A DNA stretch of 33,260 nucleotides, taken from the IMG/VR virus record IMGVR_UViG_3300023256_000001, positions 1 through 33,260 of that record; one strand, given 5' to 3'. Below the pieces are notes generated by a model. It was not told the DNA's origin. It ran no database searches and saw only the letters and a program-made list of their open reading frames with translations. The stretch is from a virus. Taxonomy: Duplodnaviria; Caudoviricetes. The position numbers and the translations under genes are program-made. Shown here piece after piece: positions 16,197-24,914 of the stretch (positions are counted from its first letter, which is position 1; each line of letters begins with the position of its first letter).

Positions 16197-17207
16197 CTAA
16201 ACAACATCAATCTTTTCATCCTTCTTTCCCTCCTTATTAGTATTTATCATATTTTTAAGCTCAGTCATGCCATCTATTAAAATATCAATCTTGCTAGCAA
16301 ACTCAGGTTGCATCTCCTCAACATCAGTTAACCTGTTATTCAAGTCATCCAGCTCAGACTTCAAAGAAGCAATAGGACTCCAAGTTTCAAGAGCAGAGAT
16401 AACATCCACTACAGCATCATCAAAAACAGTGGTCTCCCAGTCAGCTTTCCCACTGGACATGTCCAGCATCTTATCATCAATAGACAAAGACCAGTCCCTA
16501 GCTACCTTAATAGCTTCAGGAGAGTTTGCCTTTTTACAGATATGAGGTTTCTGACATAACTGTAACGACTCAAATTCCAGCTTGACCTTAGCTAGTTTAG
16601 AAAACCATTTCAAAGACTCATAAACAATAGAGAAAATAGTATGTCTAGCAATACTAAACTCTTCTTTATTAAAAATCATCTCAGGGACAACAACAATGAG
16701 CTTTTTGCCTACCTTCTCAAATTGGAACTCCTTTAAATTATCAAAAACTTTTGTCTTATATTTGTAGTGCTTACAATTACCATGCATCCAGTTTTTTTTA
16801 TCATCAAAAAAGTTGGTGTATTCCCTCACAATATTAATCTCATATCTTGCTTTTTGGACAGTATATTTGTTCTGTGCATAATTACTCCTGTCAAGTAAAA
16901 CAGGTTTCTTCAGTTGAGAAAATTCAGAGCTAGGGTCTGGTTTGGTGACATCTTCAGGAGGGGGACTGGTGACATCTCTCCTTATAAACAATTTTGCAGT
17001 TGCAGAGTGAAACATTGGACATGATTTCTTGCCTTGTGGTACTATGTAACCATCCTTTTCTAGCTGTCTAATTATTTTATAAATATAGGAGTGCCTTACT
17101 CCTAGTGTTTTTGCTATTTGTTGACCATATTGTTGCATCCCTCTACAGTCTTTATGCATTCCTACTAACCGTCTATAAATCTCCTCTTTTTTTGACATTA
17201 CAACCAC
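16197..17207 (-). CDS. wHTH DNA-binding protein with C-terminal coiled coil; candidate replication initiator
   Basis: QIAKTLGVRHSYIYKIIRQLEKDGYI is a wHTH; heptads LKSELDDLNNRLTDVEE. Replication role is inference. Confidence 0.65.
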   Translation of the reverse strand: MVVMSKKEEIYRRLVGMHKDCRGMQQYGQQIAKTLGVRHSYIYKIIRQLEKDGYIVPQGKKSCPMFHSATAKLFIRRDVTSPPPEDVTKPDPSSEFSQLKKPVLLDRSNYAQNKYTVQKARYEINIVREYTNFFDDKKNWMHGNCKHYKYKTKVFDNLKEFQFEKVGKKLIVVVPEMIFNKEEFSIARHTIFSIVYESLKWFSKLAKVKLEFESLQLCQKPHICKKANSPEAIKVARDWSLSIDDKMLDMSSGKADWETTVFDDAVVDVISALETWSPIASLKSELDDLNNRLTDVEEMQPEFASKIDILIDGMTELKNMINTNKEGKKDEKIDVV

Positions 17208-17232
17208 CTAAGATGTCACCTAAGATGTCACC
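16944..17232. repeat. Four copies of AGATGTCACC (two per orientation), iteron-like
   Basis: + copies 17211-17220 and 17223-17232 (12-bp tandem); reverse copies 16944-16953 and 16968-16977. Confidence 0.6.
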
Positions 17233-17488
17233 ATTTCAAATATGTGCTTAAAATGAGAGAGAACATGGTTTTTAAATGACAGATTTCACCTCACTATTAA
17301 TCACCAAAGGTAAAAAAAGAGAATGATTTTGTTGCTTTTATTGTTTGGGGTTTTCTATTCCATTAAACTCTTTTTTATCTTCTTTTTAGATGTGCATTTA
17401 CCCTTTTCATTCAATTCAACCATTTCTTTTAAACATGTTGTATAATAGTTGTATTTGCATCTAATAAAAAAACATGAAACTAAAGCCA

Positions 17489-17872
17489 TTATTCACCTAT
17501 CTTTTCAAGTATTCCTTTTTCATGTTGCAACAGTTTGTTTTTTGAGATTAGTATTGAGATGTATTTAGCCACTCTCTCTTTTCCTCTAGCATCCTGTTTT
17601 ACTTTAGGATATTCTTTGAAGAAAGTCTCCTCAGTGAATCTAGCTCCTAGCTCCAGCTTCTTGACCCACATCTCAAAGTTGCTTCTTTTTCCTTTATAGT
17701 TGGATTTCTTTTTAGGTTCTTTTTTTGTGACAGTATTCTCCATAGGAATACTAACAGCACCTATGAGGACAACTGATTTTCTTTTGCTTTCAGGTCTATA
17801 CAAGACCCCTTCATGTTCAAGAGCAGTTATTTCTCCTTTTACAGCTTCATACAGTGTCACTTCTATTTTCAT
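17489..17872 (-). CDS. Hypothetical basic protein, possible C-terminal wHTH
   Basis: ORF track with GGAG SD. Confidence 0.65.
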   Translation of the reverse strand: MKIEVTLYEAVKGEITALEHEGVLYRPESKRKSVVLIGAVSIPMENTVTKKEPKKKSNYKGKRSNFEMWVKKLELGARFTEETFFKEYPKVKQDARGKERVAKYISILISKNKLLQHEKGILEKIGE

Positions 17873-17975
17873 TTTTTATTCTCCAATAGTTTTGATAATT
17901 TTTCACTCTTTATGTCAACAATCCACATCAGATTAGCTATGTCTTTTTCAAGTGATTTGATTTGTTCTATTTTAT

Positions 17976-18116
17976 TCATTTTTGATTCATCCTACTTTTT
18001 CTTTGTTTGTTTGCATGGTTTCCTTTAGTCCCTGATTTGAAACACTCTCTGCATAGTCTCCCATAGCATTCCTTACCACAGAGATAACAGTTTCTTTTCT
18101 TATCGGGCATGTTCAT
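17976..18116 (-). CDS. Small Zn-finger protein (46 aa)
   Basis: Own translation MNMPDKKRNCYLCGKECYGRLCRECFKS..; AGGAG SD. Confidence 0.65.
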   Translation of the reverse strand: MNMPDKKRNCYLCGKECYGRLCRECFKSGTKGNHANKQRKSRMNQK

Positions 18117-18741
18117 TTGTCTCCTTGAGGTCTTTTAGTCTCTGTTTGTTCCAATTTGCATTCAATCCTCTATTATTATATGTTCTAATTGTATCAACCA
18201 TTTTACATAATTTTTCATATGTTTCATCTGGCATTTTTTTACTTCTATAATATTTTCCCCCTCTTTTTATAATATCTAAAGCTCTAATAACTAAAAGTCT
18301 TTGTTTTTCTTTTTCTATCAGTCTAATTTCTGGTAACAACCATCTTAACCCAGCTCTTGTAAAATTATATCTATATGATGGTTTCCAGTTTTTATTTTCA
18401 TCATGTCTTTGGTGTAATACTATTGACCCTTCTCCCATTATATCTTTTACTTTTTTTAATAAATCTATATTGGTATTTGATATGTTTCCTAATGGTACAA
18501 TTTCATATCCATGTGAAAATAAATTATTTTTACACTTTCTAATTGATAGTGACCCTTCAAAATCTATTGCTGATTCAATATATCCTCTTTGATAATCTGT
18601 TAATTTTTCATGTTTACCCTTCTTTTTCCTTCTTGTCCGCCAGTATGGACTTTTGCATTTTGGACAGATTGTTGGTTCTCCCTCTTTTCTTGGAAACCAT
18701 GTATGGTCACATCTTTTACAATGGTATCTTGGTAACATCAT
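18100..18741 (-). CDS. Zn-ribbon fused to single-motif LAGLIDADG homing endonuclease
   Basis: CKRCDHTW...CPKCKSPYW, then GYIESAIDFEGSLSI, ISNTNIDLL and LLPEIRLIEKEKQ. Confidence 0.85.
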   Translation of the reverse strand: MMLPRYHCKRCDHTWFPRKEGEPTICPKCKSPYWRTRRKKKGKHEKLTDYQRGYIESAIDFEGSLSIRKCKNNLFSHGYEIVPLGNISNTNIDLLKKVKDIMGEGSIVLHQRHDENKNWKPSYRYNFTRAGLRWLLPEIRLIEKEKQRLLVIRALDIIKRGGKYYRSKKMPDETYEKLCKMVDTIRTYNNRGLNANWNKQRLKDLKETNEHAR

Positions 18742-18923
18742 TTTTTCAACTCCTTAATTTTATTCATTATATCCAATAGCTCTTTCTTATGAGCTTTTTT
18801 CTGTTGTGTGTCCATGAATGCTGTACTCTTATTTGCAACCATCCTCATTTTCTCATAGTTGATTATAGCTCTCATGTGTAAATTAATAACTTCATCTATC
18901 ATCTCAATTACTTCTTTTTTCAT
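18738..18923 (-). CDS. Hypothetical protein
   Basis: ORF track; abutting genes. Confidence 0.6.
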   Translation of the reverse strand: MKKEVIEMIDEVINLHMRAIINYEKMRMVANKSTAFMDTQQKKAHKKELLDIMNKIKELKK

Positions 18924-19169
18924 TTATAACATCTCGTCATCTATCATCAATAAAATTCCAAGAAGTACCAATGCTACTGATAACAGAGGAAGAACACTAT
19001 CCCACATGTTATAATTAGATGTGCAACCACTGACTTGTCTATTGAATGATAGGACATCAAATGCAATCAATAATGTAACTCCTATTGCTGTAAGTAATAT
19101 TCCTGTCAGTCTGCTCCTAATAACTGACAGAATTTCTCTAATCATGCCATTTTGTAACATATTCCACAT
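18924..19169 (-). CDS. Small 2-TM membrane protein
   Basis: Two hydrophobic helices. Confidence 0.65.
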   Translation of the reverse strand: MWNMLQNGMIREILSVIRSRLTGILLTAIGVTLLIAFDVLSFNRQVSGCTSNYNMWDSVLPLLSVALVLLGILLMIDDEML

Positions 19170-19292
19170 TTCCTAGAAGCTCCTGTACTTTCATACTAGC
19201 TTCTTTGAGTTCATTCAGGTCAGTTGATTCCACACTGAAAAAGAAAGTAGGTCTGTCTGCTACTGATTTATTCCTGATACCTATTATTCTCA

Positions 19293-19784
19293 TTAGTCCT
19301 CCTCAGAATCATCATAATCATCTGCAAACCTTTTTCCTCCTTTTGGTGAAAGTATTTTATCAATTTCTTTAAAAATCAATGGCAATAATTTATTATTGAT
19401 TTTGTTGTATTCTGACTTATTTTTTAGTTTATCTTTCAAAGGATTTTCTGTTATGTGTGACCCTCCCATATGATAAAATTCTGCTGTCTTTCTTAAAATG
19501 TAAAAACTTTCCATAAGCTCTGACAATTTCCAAGATTCACTGTCTGTTAAAACAGATTCAACTATGTCTTTATTCTCATTTAGGTGGTGACAATAGCTCC
19601 CATCTTCTTGTTTTCCCACTATATCTGAGTTCCAATGTGTGTGTGACCCTGTTTTTTTAATATATCCAAATCCCCAGTACCAATCACAATCCCATGATGG
19701 AGCTGTAAGATACACATATTCATTGTCTTTATTTTTTCCAAGTAAATATTGTTTTCCATGTGAATACTGAATGTGTTTTTTCAT
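19293..19784 (-). CDS. Hypothetical viral protein (PSWDCDWYWGFGY motif)
   Basis: ORF track; distinctive aromatic motif. Confidence 0.75.
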   Translation of the reverse strand: MKKHIQYSHGKQYLLGKNKDNEYVYLTAPSWDCDWYWGFGYIKKTGSHTHWNSDIVGKQEDGSYCHHLNENKDIVESVLTDSESWKLSELMESFYILRKTAEFYHMGGSHITENPLKDKLKNKSEYNKINNKLLPLIFKEIDKILSPKGGKRFADDYDDSEED

Positions 19785-19924
19785 GCTTTGACCTCTTCTA
19801 TAGTACCATTAAAAGTTTCACAGCTTTTACAAAACCATTCTGTAATTGTTGTTCTATCTGGAATATTAAACTCTACCACATGTCCGCAACCTTTACATCT
19901 GTATGACTTAACTTCATAGTTCAT
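19781..19924 (-). CDS. Small Zn-ribbon protein (47 aa)
   Basis: Own translation MNYEVKSYRCKGCGHVVE...WFCKSCETFNG..; ATGA overlaps at both ends. Confidence 0.7.
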   Translation of the reverse strand: MNYEVKSYRCKGCGHVVEFNIPDRTTITEWFCKSCETFNGTIEEVKA

Positions 19925-20115
19925 GCTTTGACCTTCCTTTCATGCATTTTGTTCTCAACTTTTTTAGCTAGTCTAGTATAATTGTTCTTTGATTTCATGC
20001 TTCCCTCACCAATGAAATCTTGATATTTCCTGTACTGGACTAAAGCAATCCAGATTCTAGCATATTCATCTTTAGTAAATTCAGGGTCAAATCTTAATTG
20101 TACTGTTTTTTTCAT
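19921..20115 (-). CDS. Hypothetical protein
   Basis: ORF track; GGAGG SD. Confidence 0.65.
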   Translation of the reverse strand: MKKTVQLRFDPEFTKDEYARIWIALVQYRKYQDFIGEGSMKSKNNYTRLAKKVENKMHERKVKA

Positions 20116-20224
20116 GCTTAATCCTCCTTAGCTTCATTGAAAATGATTTCAGCATATTTATCTGGATGGTGTATTTTCAAATATTCCCTAAACTTTGCTT
20201 CATAATGTGGTAATTCTTTCATGC

Positions 20225-20425
20225 TTAGTCCTCCTTTACCAAATCAGTTGTATGTTTAACTACATCAATTCCAAAATTAGGTTGATGGTATTTTATTATA
20301 TGAAATGCCATAGTTTTTTTTGATGCAAAGATTCCTTGACAGAAATAACAATGATAAAAAGGTAACATGGAATGTTTGATTCCATCTTTGATTCCAAAAT
20401 ATTTTGTCATTCTTATCATCTCCAA
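20225..20425 (-). CDS. C2H2 zinc-finger protein
   Basis: CYFCQGIFASKKTMAFHIIKYH fits C-x2-C-x3-F-x8-H-x4-H. Confidence 0.75.
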   Translation of the reverse strand: MEMIRMTKYFGIKDGIKHSMLPFYHCYFCQGIFASKKTMAFHIIKYHQPNFGIDVVKHTTDLVKED

Positions 20426-20445
20426 AAAAAGATTAGAAAAAGGGA

Positions 20446-20613
20446 CTATGCCCTTTCTCTTTTCTCCTTTCTAAGTAGGATTGCAAGAGCTAAAACACCA
20501 ACTGTTAAAGCAAATAATCCTACAACTACAGAATAGGTTGAGTCAACTGTCATAGCTGTCATACCAACTATGGCGAAAGCACCAGCTCCTAGTTCCCATA
20601 TTTTTTTTGTCAT
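20446..20613 (-). CDS. Small 2-TM membrane protein (55 aa)
   Basis: Own translation MTKKIWELGAGAFAIVGMTAMTVDSTYSVVVGLFALTVGVLALAILLRKEKRERA; GGTGA SD; hairpin plus U-tract follows. Confidence 0.7.
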   Translation of the reverse strand: MTKKIWELGAGAFAIVGMTAMTVDSTYSVVVGLFALTVGVLALAILLRKEKRERA

Positions 20614-20645
20614 TTTTATGTCACCAATCTATTTAATAAAAAGGA

Positions 20646-21731
20646 TTAGGAGCTTACTAGCTCCACTAATTTCTTCTCAAGTATCTTTGCACCAGCTTTC
20701 TCCATTTCGATTCTCTTGTCATAGTTTGTCTCTTCCTGAGCTATTCTGGTAACTGCTTGAGCAAGACCCCATTGAGTGTGACCCTCTTTAGAGAATTGGT
20801 GTAAGAGCATCTCTGCTTTGTCTTTAGAGATTTCATATTCTTTGACTACATTATTGATTGCAACAATAGGTCTCTCAATCTCAGTAGATGCTACTTTGTT
20901 GATTTGGTCAACCCATTTCCTGAATACTTCCACACTGAAGGTCTGGTCTATCATGTCCTTTATTTTGCTCCAGAGTGCTTCATCTTCAAGCTGAAGGGTT
21001 AAATCTGACCAGTCAATGACTCCAACACCTCTAGTTTTGCCTAGATGTACCCTAGAAAAGACTTTCTCACTAATCATGCCATTGGTACATGCTATAACAT
21101 TCATAAAAGGCATGACCTTGTAAGCACCAGCTCCAACCTCAGAGTTGCTTATGATAATTCCACCATTAACTGCTTCTCCTACTCTAGTAGCTTCATTTGG
21201 GAAGATTTCATCTTTCAGAGTTGGTGAGAGTGCTTTGATGTAGAGTTTTTTCTCTGTCAGGTCAGCTCTCATAATGTCAATTTTCATTCCTTTTTCAGTG
21301 TTAAGATGGTCAAATCTGTCCATAGCATTAAACAAGACATCATAATTATCTATGATTCTATATCTATCTGACAATAATGCTCTAGCTTTGCCCTCTAGTG
21401 TCCTGACAAGTCTCTTATCCTTCTCTCTGATTAGCTCATTGATGTTTGTTACAAGTAGCTCAGGATATTGCTCTTTAAGTCTCTGATAGTAGCTCTTAGG
21501 TATTCCTGTCTTAGCACTAACTTGGTCATGTGCATAATCAGTTAATTCAAAAGACCTTCTCACTCCAGTATCAGGTAGTGGAATAGAGAGTTTTAACTTC
21601 TGCTCTCCAACATCATATTCGCTTTGAATGTCCTCAGAAGAGACTACATAATCCATTTTGGTCTCTTTCTGTTGTTTCAGCTTCTTTGCTAGTAATACTA
21701 GCTTATCCATATCATTTGTCTCATAATCCAT
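20646..21731 (-). CDS. DUF932-like protein
   Basis: RALLSDRYRIIDN, GIIISNSEVG and CTNGMI...HLG motifs resemble DUF932/DUF945 mobile-element proteins; own TATA (~21770-21785) and GGTGA SD. Confidence 0.72.
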   Translation of the reverse strand: MDYETNDMDKLVLLAKKLKQQKETKMDYVVSSEDIQSEYDVGEQKLKLSIPLPDTGVRRSFELTDYAHDQVSAKTGIPKSYYQRLKEQYPELLVTNINELIREKDKRLVRTLEGKARALLSDRYRIIDNYDVLFNAMDRFDHLNTEKGMKIDIMRADLTEKKLYIKALSPTLKDEIFPNEATRVGEAVNGGIIISNSEVGAGAYKVMPFMNVIACTNGMISEKVFSRVHLGKTRGVGVIDWSDLTLQLEDEALWSKIKDMIDQTFSVEVFRKWVDQINKVASTEIERPIVAINNVVKEYEISKDKAEMLLHQFSKEGHTQWGLAQAVTRIAQEETNYDKRIEMEKAGAKILEKKLVELVSS

Positions 21732-21848
21732 GTTGTGTCACCTTCTTACCTATAAGTATAGTGTTTAGGTATATAAATACTTTTGGTGCAAAAATGACAC
21801 TTGTATAATATAACAAAGAATGTATTATTAAAAAAAGAGAAAAAAGTA

Positions 21849-22112
21849 TTATGGTTTTTTCCAGATTTTACCCATTTGTTTATAGGTTTTCCAAGAGACA
21901 AGATACCTATTAGGGTTGTAATATGGTTTATCGGTTGTGACATTGATGTATTTCATCTCAGACCTGTAGCTAGCATTCTTTTGAATCCTATGTGCTTGGT
22001 CTCCATTCTCACAGACAATAATCAGCTTGTTAATCTTACCTTTTGCTTTACCCCACCCTGACATAAACTTGTCAGTCATGGTGACATACCAAGTATATTT
22101 TCTTTTTACCAT
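21849..22112 (-). CDS. Small basic viral protein (YVTMTDKFMSGWG motif)
   Basis: ORF track; AGGAGG SD. Confidence 0.75.
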   Translation of the reverse strand: MVKRKYTWYVTMTDKFMSGWGKAKGKINKLIIVCENGDQAHRIQKNASYRSEMKYINVTTDKPYYNPNRYLVSWKTYKQMGKIWKKP

Positions 22113-22124
22113 TATTTTTTCCTC

Positions 22125-22373
22125 CTACCAATCTTTTTTTCTTATGTGAATCCAAGATGTTTTAAATGCAGTTCTTAATGCATTTTGAATTTTATTTGCC
22201 ATCCTTAGATTTGTAACATTAAAACAAACAACTTTTGGTTGATTGCTCCATCCATAGGCATAGCTCAGTCTAATGTTTCCCCCACCAGCTTTTTTAATAA
22301 CTGCTTTCATCTTGTTTGAATCATATTTATGCTCTGTAAACCAAGATAACCAGACAACATACATTCTTGCCAT
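22125..22373 (-). CDS. Small basic protein
   Basis: ORF track; AGGAGG SD. Confidence 0.72.
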   Translation of the reverse strand: MARMYVVWLSWFTEHKYDSNKMKAVIKKAGGGNIRLSYAYGWSNQPKVVCFNVTNLRMANKIQNALRTAFKTSWIHIRKKDW

Positions 22374-22552
22374 TATTTTTTCCTCCTTTCTATTTTGAAT
22401 TTTGAAAGTGTTTTGTATTTGGGTAATGCATCCTTGTATTCTTTTCTGTATCTTCTGATGAATGCTTCTGCTCTAGCTTTTGATAAAAAAGGAATGCTGA
22501 TGTCTTGTCTTGAATAGTGTTTTCTGCTGTCTATTGCTGTTACTACATACAT
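22373..22552 (-). CDS. Small basic protein (59 aa)
   Basis: Own translation MYVVTAIDSRKHYSRQDISIPFLSKARAEAFIRRYRK..; TAATG overlaps at both ends. Confidence 0.72.
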   Translation of the reverse strand: MYVVTAIDSRKHYSRQDISIPFLSKARAEAFIRRYRKEYKDALPKYKTLSKFKIERRKK

Positions 22553-22758
22553 TATTTTTTCCTCCTGATTATTCTAATGCTTCTTGCAGACTTATCAGTT
22601 GGTCTCTTTTGGGATAATCGAACCATGTACCCATCAGATAGTTTTACAATATAGGCATATTTGTACTGACCTCTCTTTTTACCCTTATTGAATTTTACCA
22701 GCTTGTCAAGTTCTTTATTAGCTTCAAATATATTATAGACTTTAACTACATCAGTCAT
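22552..22758 (-). CDS. Small basic protein
   Basis: ORF track; TAATG overlaps. Confidence 0.7.
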   Translation of the reverse strand: MTDVVKVYNIFEANKELDKLVKFNKGKKRGQYKYAYIVKLSDGYMVRLSQKRPTDKSARSIRIIRRKK

Positions 22759-23495
22759 TATTTCTTTTTCCCCTTTTTAGCTTTCTTTTTGGTGGTTTTC
22801 TTCTTAGGTTTCTTTCTCCTTTTCTTAGGAGCTTGTCTACCCATGCCAAGACTGAAATCAATCTTACCACTAGATTTAGCTCCAAAATCAAGATTAGACT
22901 TGCCAGTTGCTAGACCTAGCTCAGTCTTTTTGTTTCCCCCCCAGTCAACCTTATCTCCCCTACCAAAAGAAAAGAAATCTGATTTGCCATTTCCATTGTT
23001 GCCAACAGACCCTTCATCTAAAGAGACCTTATCCTGACCACCACCAACAAAACCTGAGTCTCTATCCTTGACAGCAGTACCCAGTTTCTTGAGACCACTC
23101 CCTGTCTTGTATAATGGAGCATACTTCATCTTCCTGATGTCCCCTTTCAATGACTTCATCTCTTTCTTCTGTCTCAGGTCAGCTAGTTTCATCTCTTTTC
23201 TTTCTGTAAGCTCTGAATGTTTAGCTCTAAGAACTGTCATATTCTGTTCTCTTTCTTTTTCTTTAGCTTCCTGTATCATGTCTCTTACATCAGTATCAGC
23301 TTCAAGTTCATCAATCGGTTCTAGTTTATCTACAGTTGTTTTTCTACCAAAAGCATGCTCAGGTTTAGCTTTAAATTCAGGTTCTTCATCAACTACATTG
23401 TATCTCCTTGTTTCCATTGTTGGTTCTCCAGCTTGATTAGTTCCTCTTTCAAAATGAGTGAATTGGCTTTTTTTTCTAAACATTATTATTACCAC
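22758..23495 (-). CDS. Low-complexity protein with coiled coil and poly-Lys tail
   Basis: C-terminal KKRRKKPKKKTTKKKAKKGKKK and D-F/W-G-type repeats; true start may be 23483. Confidence 0.72.
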   Translation of the reverse strand: MVIIMFRKKSQFTHFERGTNQAGEPTMETRRYNVVDEEPEFKAKPEHAFGRKTTVDKLEPIDELEADTDVRDMIQEAKEKEREQNMTVLRAKHSELTERKEMKLADLRQKKEMKSLKGDIRKMKYAPLYKTGSGLKKLGTAVKDRDSGFVGGGQDKVSLDEGSVGNNGNGKSDFFSFGRGDKVDWGGNKKTELGLATGKSNLDFGAKSSGKIDFSLGMGRQAPKKRRKKPKKKTTKKKAKKGKKK

Positions 23496-23695
23496 CTATT
23501 ATCTACTTTTTTTATTCTTGGATTGAAATAAGAATTAAATTGTCTCTGATGTTTCCATTTCTGGTTTTGTACCATGTCTGAAAGTTTCTTGTATTTATTC
23601 AAAAATGGAACAGCTTCTTTTTTTGTCCTGACTGTCTTTATTGCCCTTCTTTCTTTTCCTTTACCTATCCAGACTTCATAATATAATCCTTGCAT
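23489..23695 (-). CDS. Small basic protein
   Basis: ORF track. Confidence 0.68.
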   Translation of the reverse strand: MQGLYYEVWIGKGKERRAIKTVRTKKEAVPFLNKYKKLSDMVQNQKWKHQRQFNSYFNPRIKKVDNRW

Positions 23696-23706
23696 TATTA
23701 TGTCCC

Positions 23707-23925
23707 CTACATTTTAGTTCTTTTTTTAATGTAATTCAGAGCTTGTTTTTTTGAATTAAACTCATGGTAAGTTCCTTTACCTGTTGGTGATTTCTTAGTG
23801 TATCTTGTACTTCTTACCAACCATTTCTTTTTAAAATTCTGACTTGGAGACAATAGATACAATGCTTCCTGACTTTTTGCTGATTCCCTATACCAGTATT
23901 TATGTTGTTTATGATATTTCCACAT
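23707..23925 (-). CDS. Small basic protein
   Basis: ORF track; AGGAG SD. Confidence 0.68.
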   Translation of the reverse strand: MWKYHKQHKYWYRESAKSQEALYLLSPSQNFKKKWLVRSTRYTKKSPTGKGTYHEFNSKKQALNYIKKRTKM

Positions 23926-24038
23926 TATTATTATCTCCTTATTTTAATCCTAATATGAGAGAGTGGAGAGGTGGTGAGGAGAGTATTATGGAAAGGAAAA
24001 CACCCACCCTCTCATAGTTGGTGAACTACATGGTAAAT

Positions 24039-24299
24039 CTAAATTCTTACTTTTTTCTTTACTCTCTTAGGTTCTGTCAAAGATACAAGATTTAGTTCAT
24101 GCTCAGTGACATAATCATAAGCATACAGTCCATGTTTGATGGGGACTTGTACTTTCATAGGGTCTCTTTTCCAAGTCTTTACTTTACCATTGACTCTCCA
24201 TCTCTGAGCAGTACCATCAGAGTTTTTCTGCTTCAGATGATAAAGAGTTTGCCCTGACCTCAGCTTTTTAGCTTGATTTAATGTTATATGTCTTGGCAT
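24039..24299 (-). CDS. Small basic viral protein (WRVNGKVKTWKR motif)
   Basis: ORF track; AGGAG SD. Confidence 0.75.
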   Translation of the reverse strand: MPRHITLNQAKKLRSGQTLYHLKQKNSDGTAQRWRVNGKVKTWKRDPMKVQVPIKHGLYAYDYVTEHELNLVSLTEPKRVKKKVRI

Positions 24300-24301
24300 G
24301 C

Positions 24302-24586
24302 CTATCTCCTGAATGTTAATGTGTTTCCTTTGAACTTCATTGTTTTGCCTTTGTAAATGACAAACCAGCTAAAATCTTTCTGAGTGACAGAATATCCAAG
24401 ACCAAACTGACTAGATGCTTGATTCATCCTAGTCTTAGTTGTAGCTGTTTTCCATCCACCAGTATTCAAAGTTATAGTCTTAGGTGTGAATTTAACGACA
24501 TCAGTATTATGAAATCTGACAGTCATAGTTCTTCCGTCACCTCTAACACTTGTATTACCCTTGCCGATTCTATGTTGTTGTGCCAT
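24302..24586 (-). CDS. Small basic viral protein (GGWKTATTKTRMN motif)
   Basis: ORF track; GGAGGT SD. Confidence 0.75.
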   Translation of the reverse strand: MAQQHRIGKGNTSVRGDGRTMTVRFHNTDVVKFTPKTITLNTGGWKTATTKTRMNQASSQFGLGYSVTQKDFSWFVIYKGKTMKFKGNTLTFRR

Positions 24587-24634
24587 AATTATTTACCTCC
24601 AATTATTATTGTTTTAATTTATATTTATAGTTTA

Positions 24635-24862
24635 TTATTTTTTGAGTCTATATTTTGGAAACTTTCTCAGAAACTCTTTAGGATGATATTCTTTTCCTCT
24701 ATATGCCACTGTCCAGTCTCCTTTTTTCTTAGTTGCTTCTAAAATTCTTTTCTTAGTACCTTCCCATTGATGATAATAGTCATCTCCTTTTCCAGTGTGT
24801 ACCCAATGTCTAACCTTTGGATGTTTCAGCTTTCTACTATGTTGTAATAAATCATTCATCAT
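24635..24862 (-). CDS. Small basic protein, probably leaderless
   Basis: ATG lies ~30 nt downstream of the TATA motif at 24891-24907. Confidence 0.68.
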   Translation of the reverse strand: MMNDLLQHSRKLKHPKVRHWVHTGKGDDYYHQWEGTKKRILEATKKKGDWTVAYRGKEYHPKEFLRKFPKYRLKK

Positions 24863-24890
24863 GGATTATCAATAACTGAAATCACTATCA

Positions 24891-24907
24891 TATTATAAAA
24901 ACCCTAA
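24891..24907 (-). promoter_or_regulatory. Shared viral promoter motif (copy 2)
   Basis: Identical to 5580-5596. Confidence 0.7.
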
Positions 24908-24914
24908 ACATTGT

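Noticed and set aside
21924-21956. Gapped match of array unit B to MKYINVTTDKPY in ORF 21849-22112
   Set aside because: Only about 16/24 nt over part of a 25-pentamer unit; within chance expectation.
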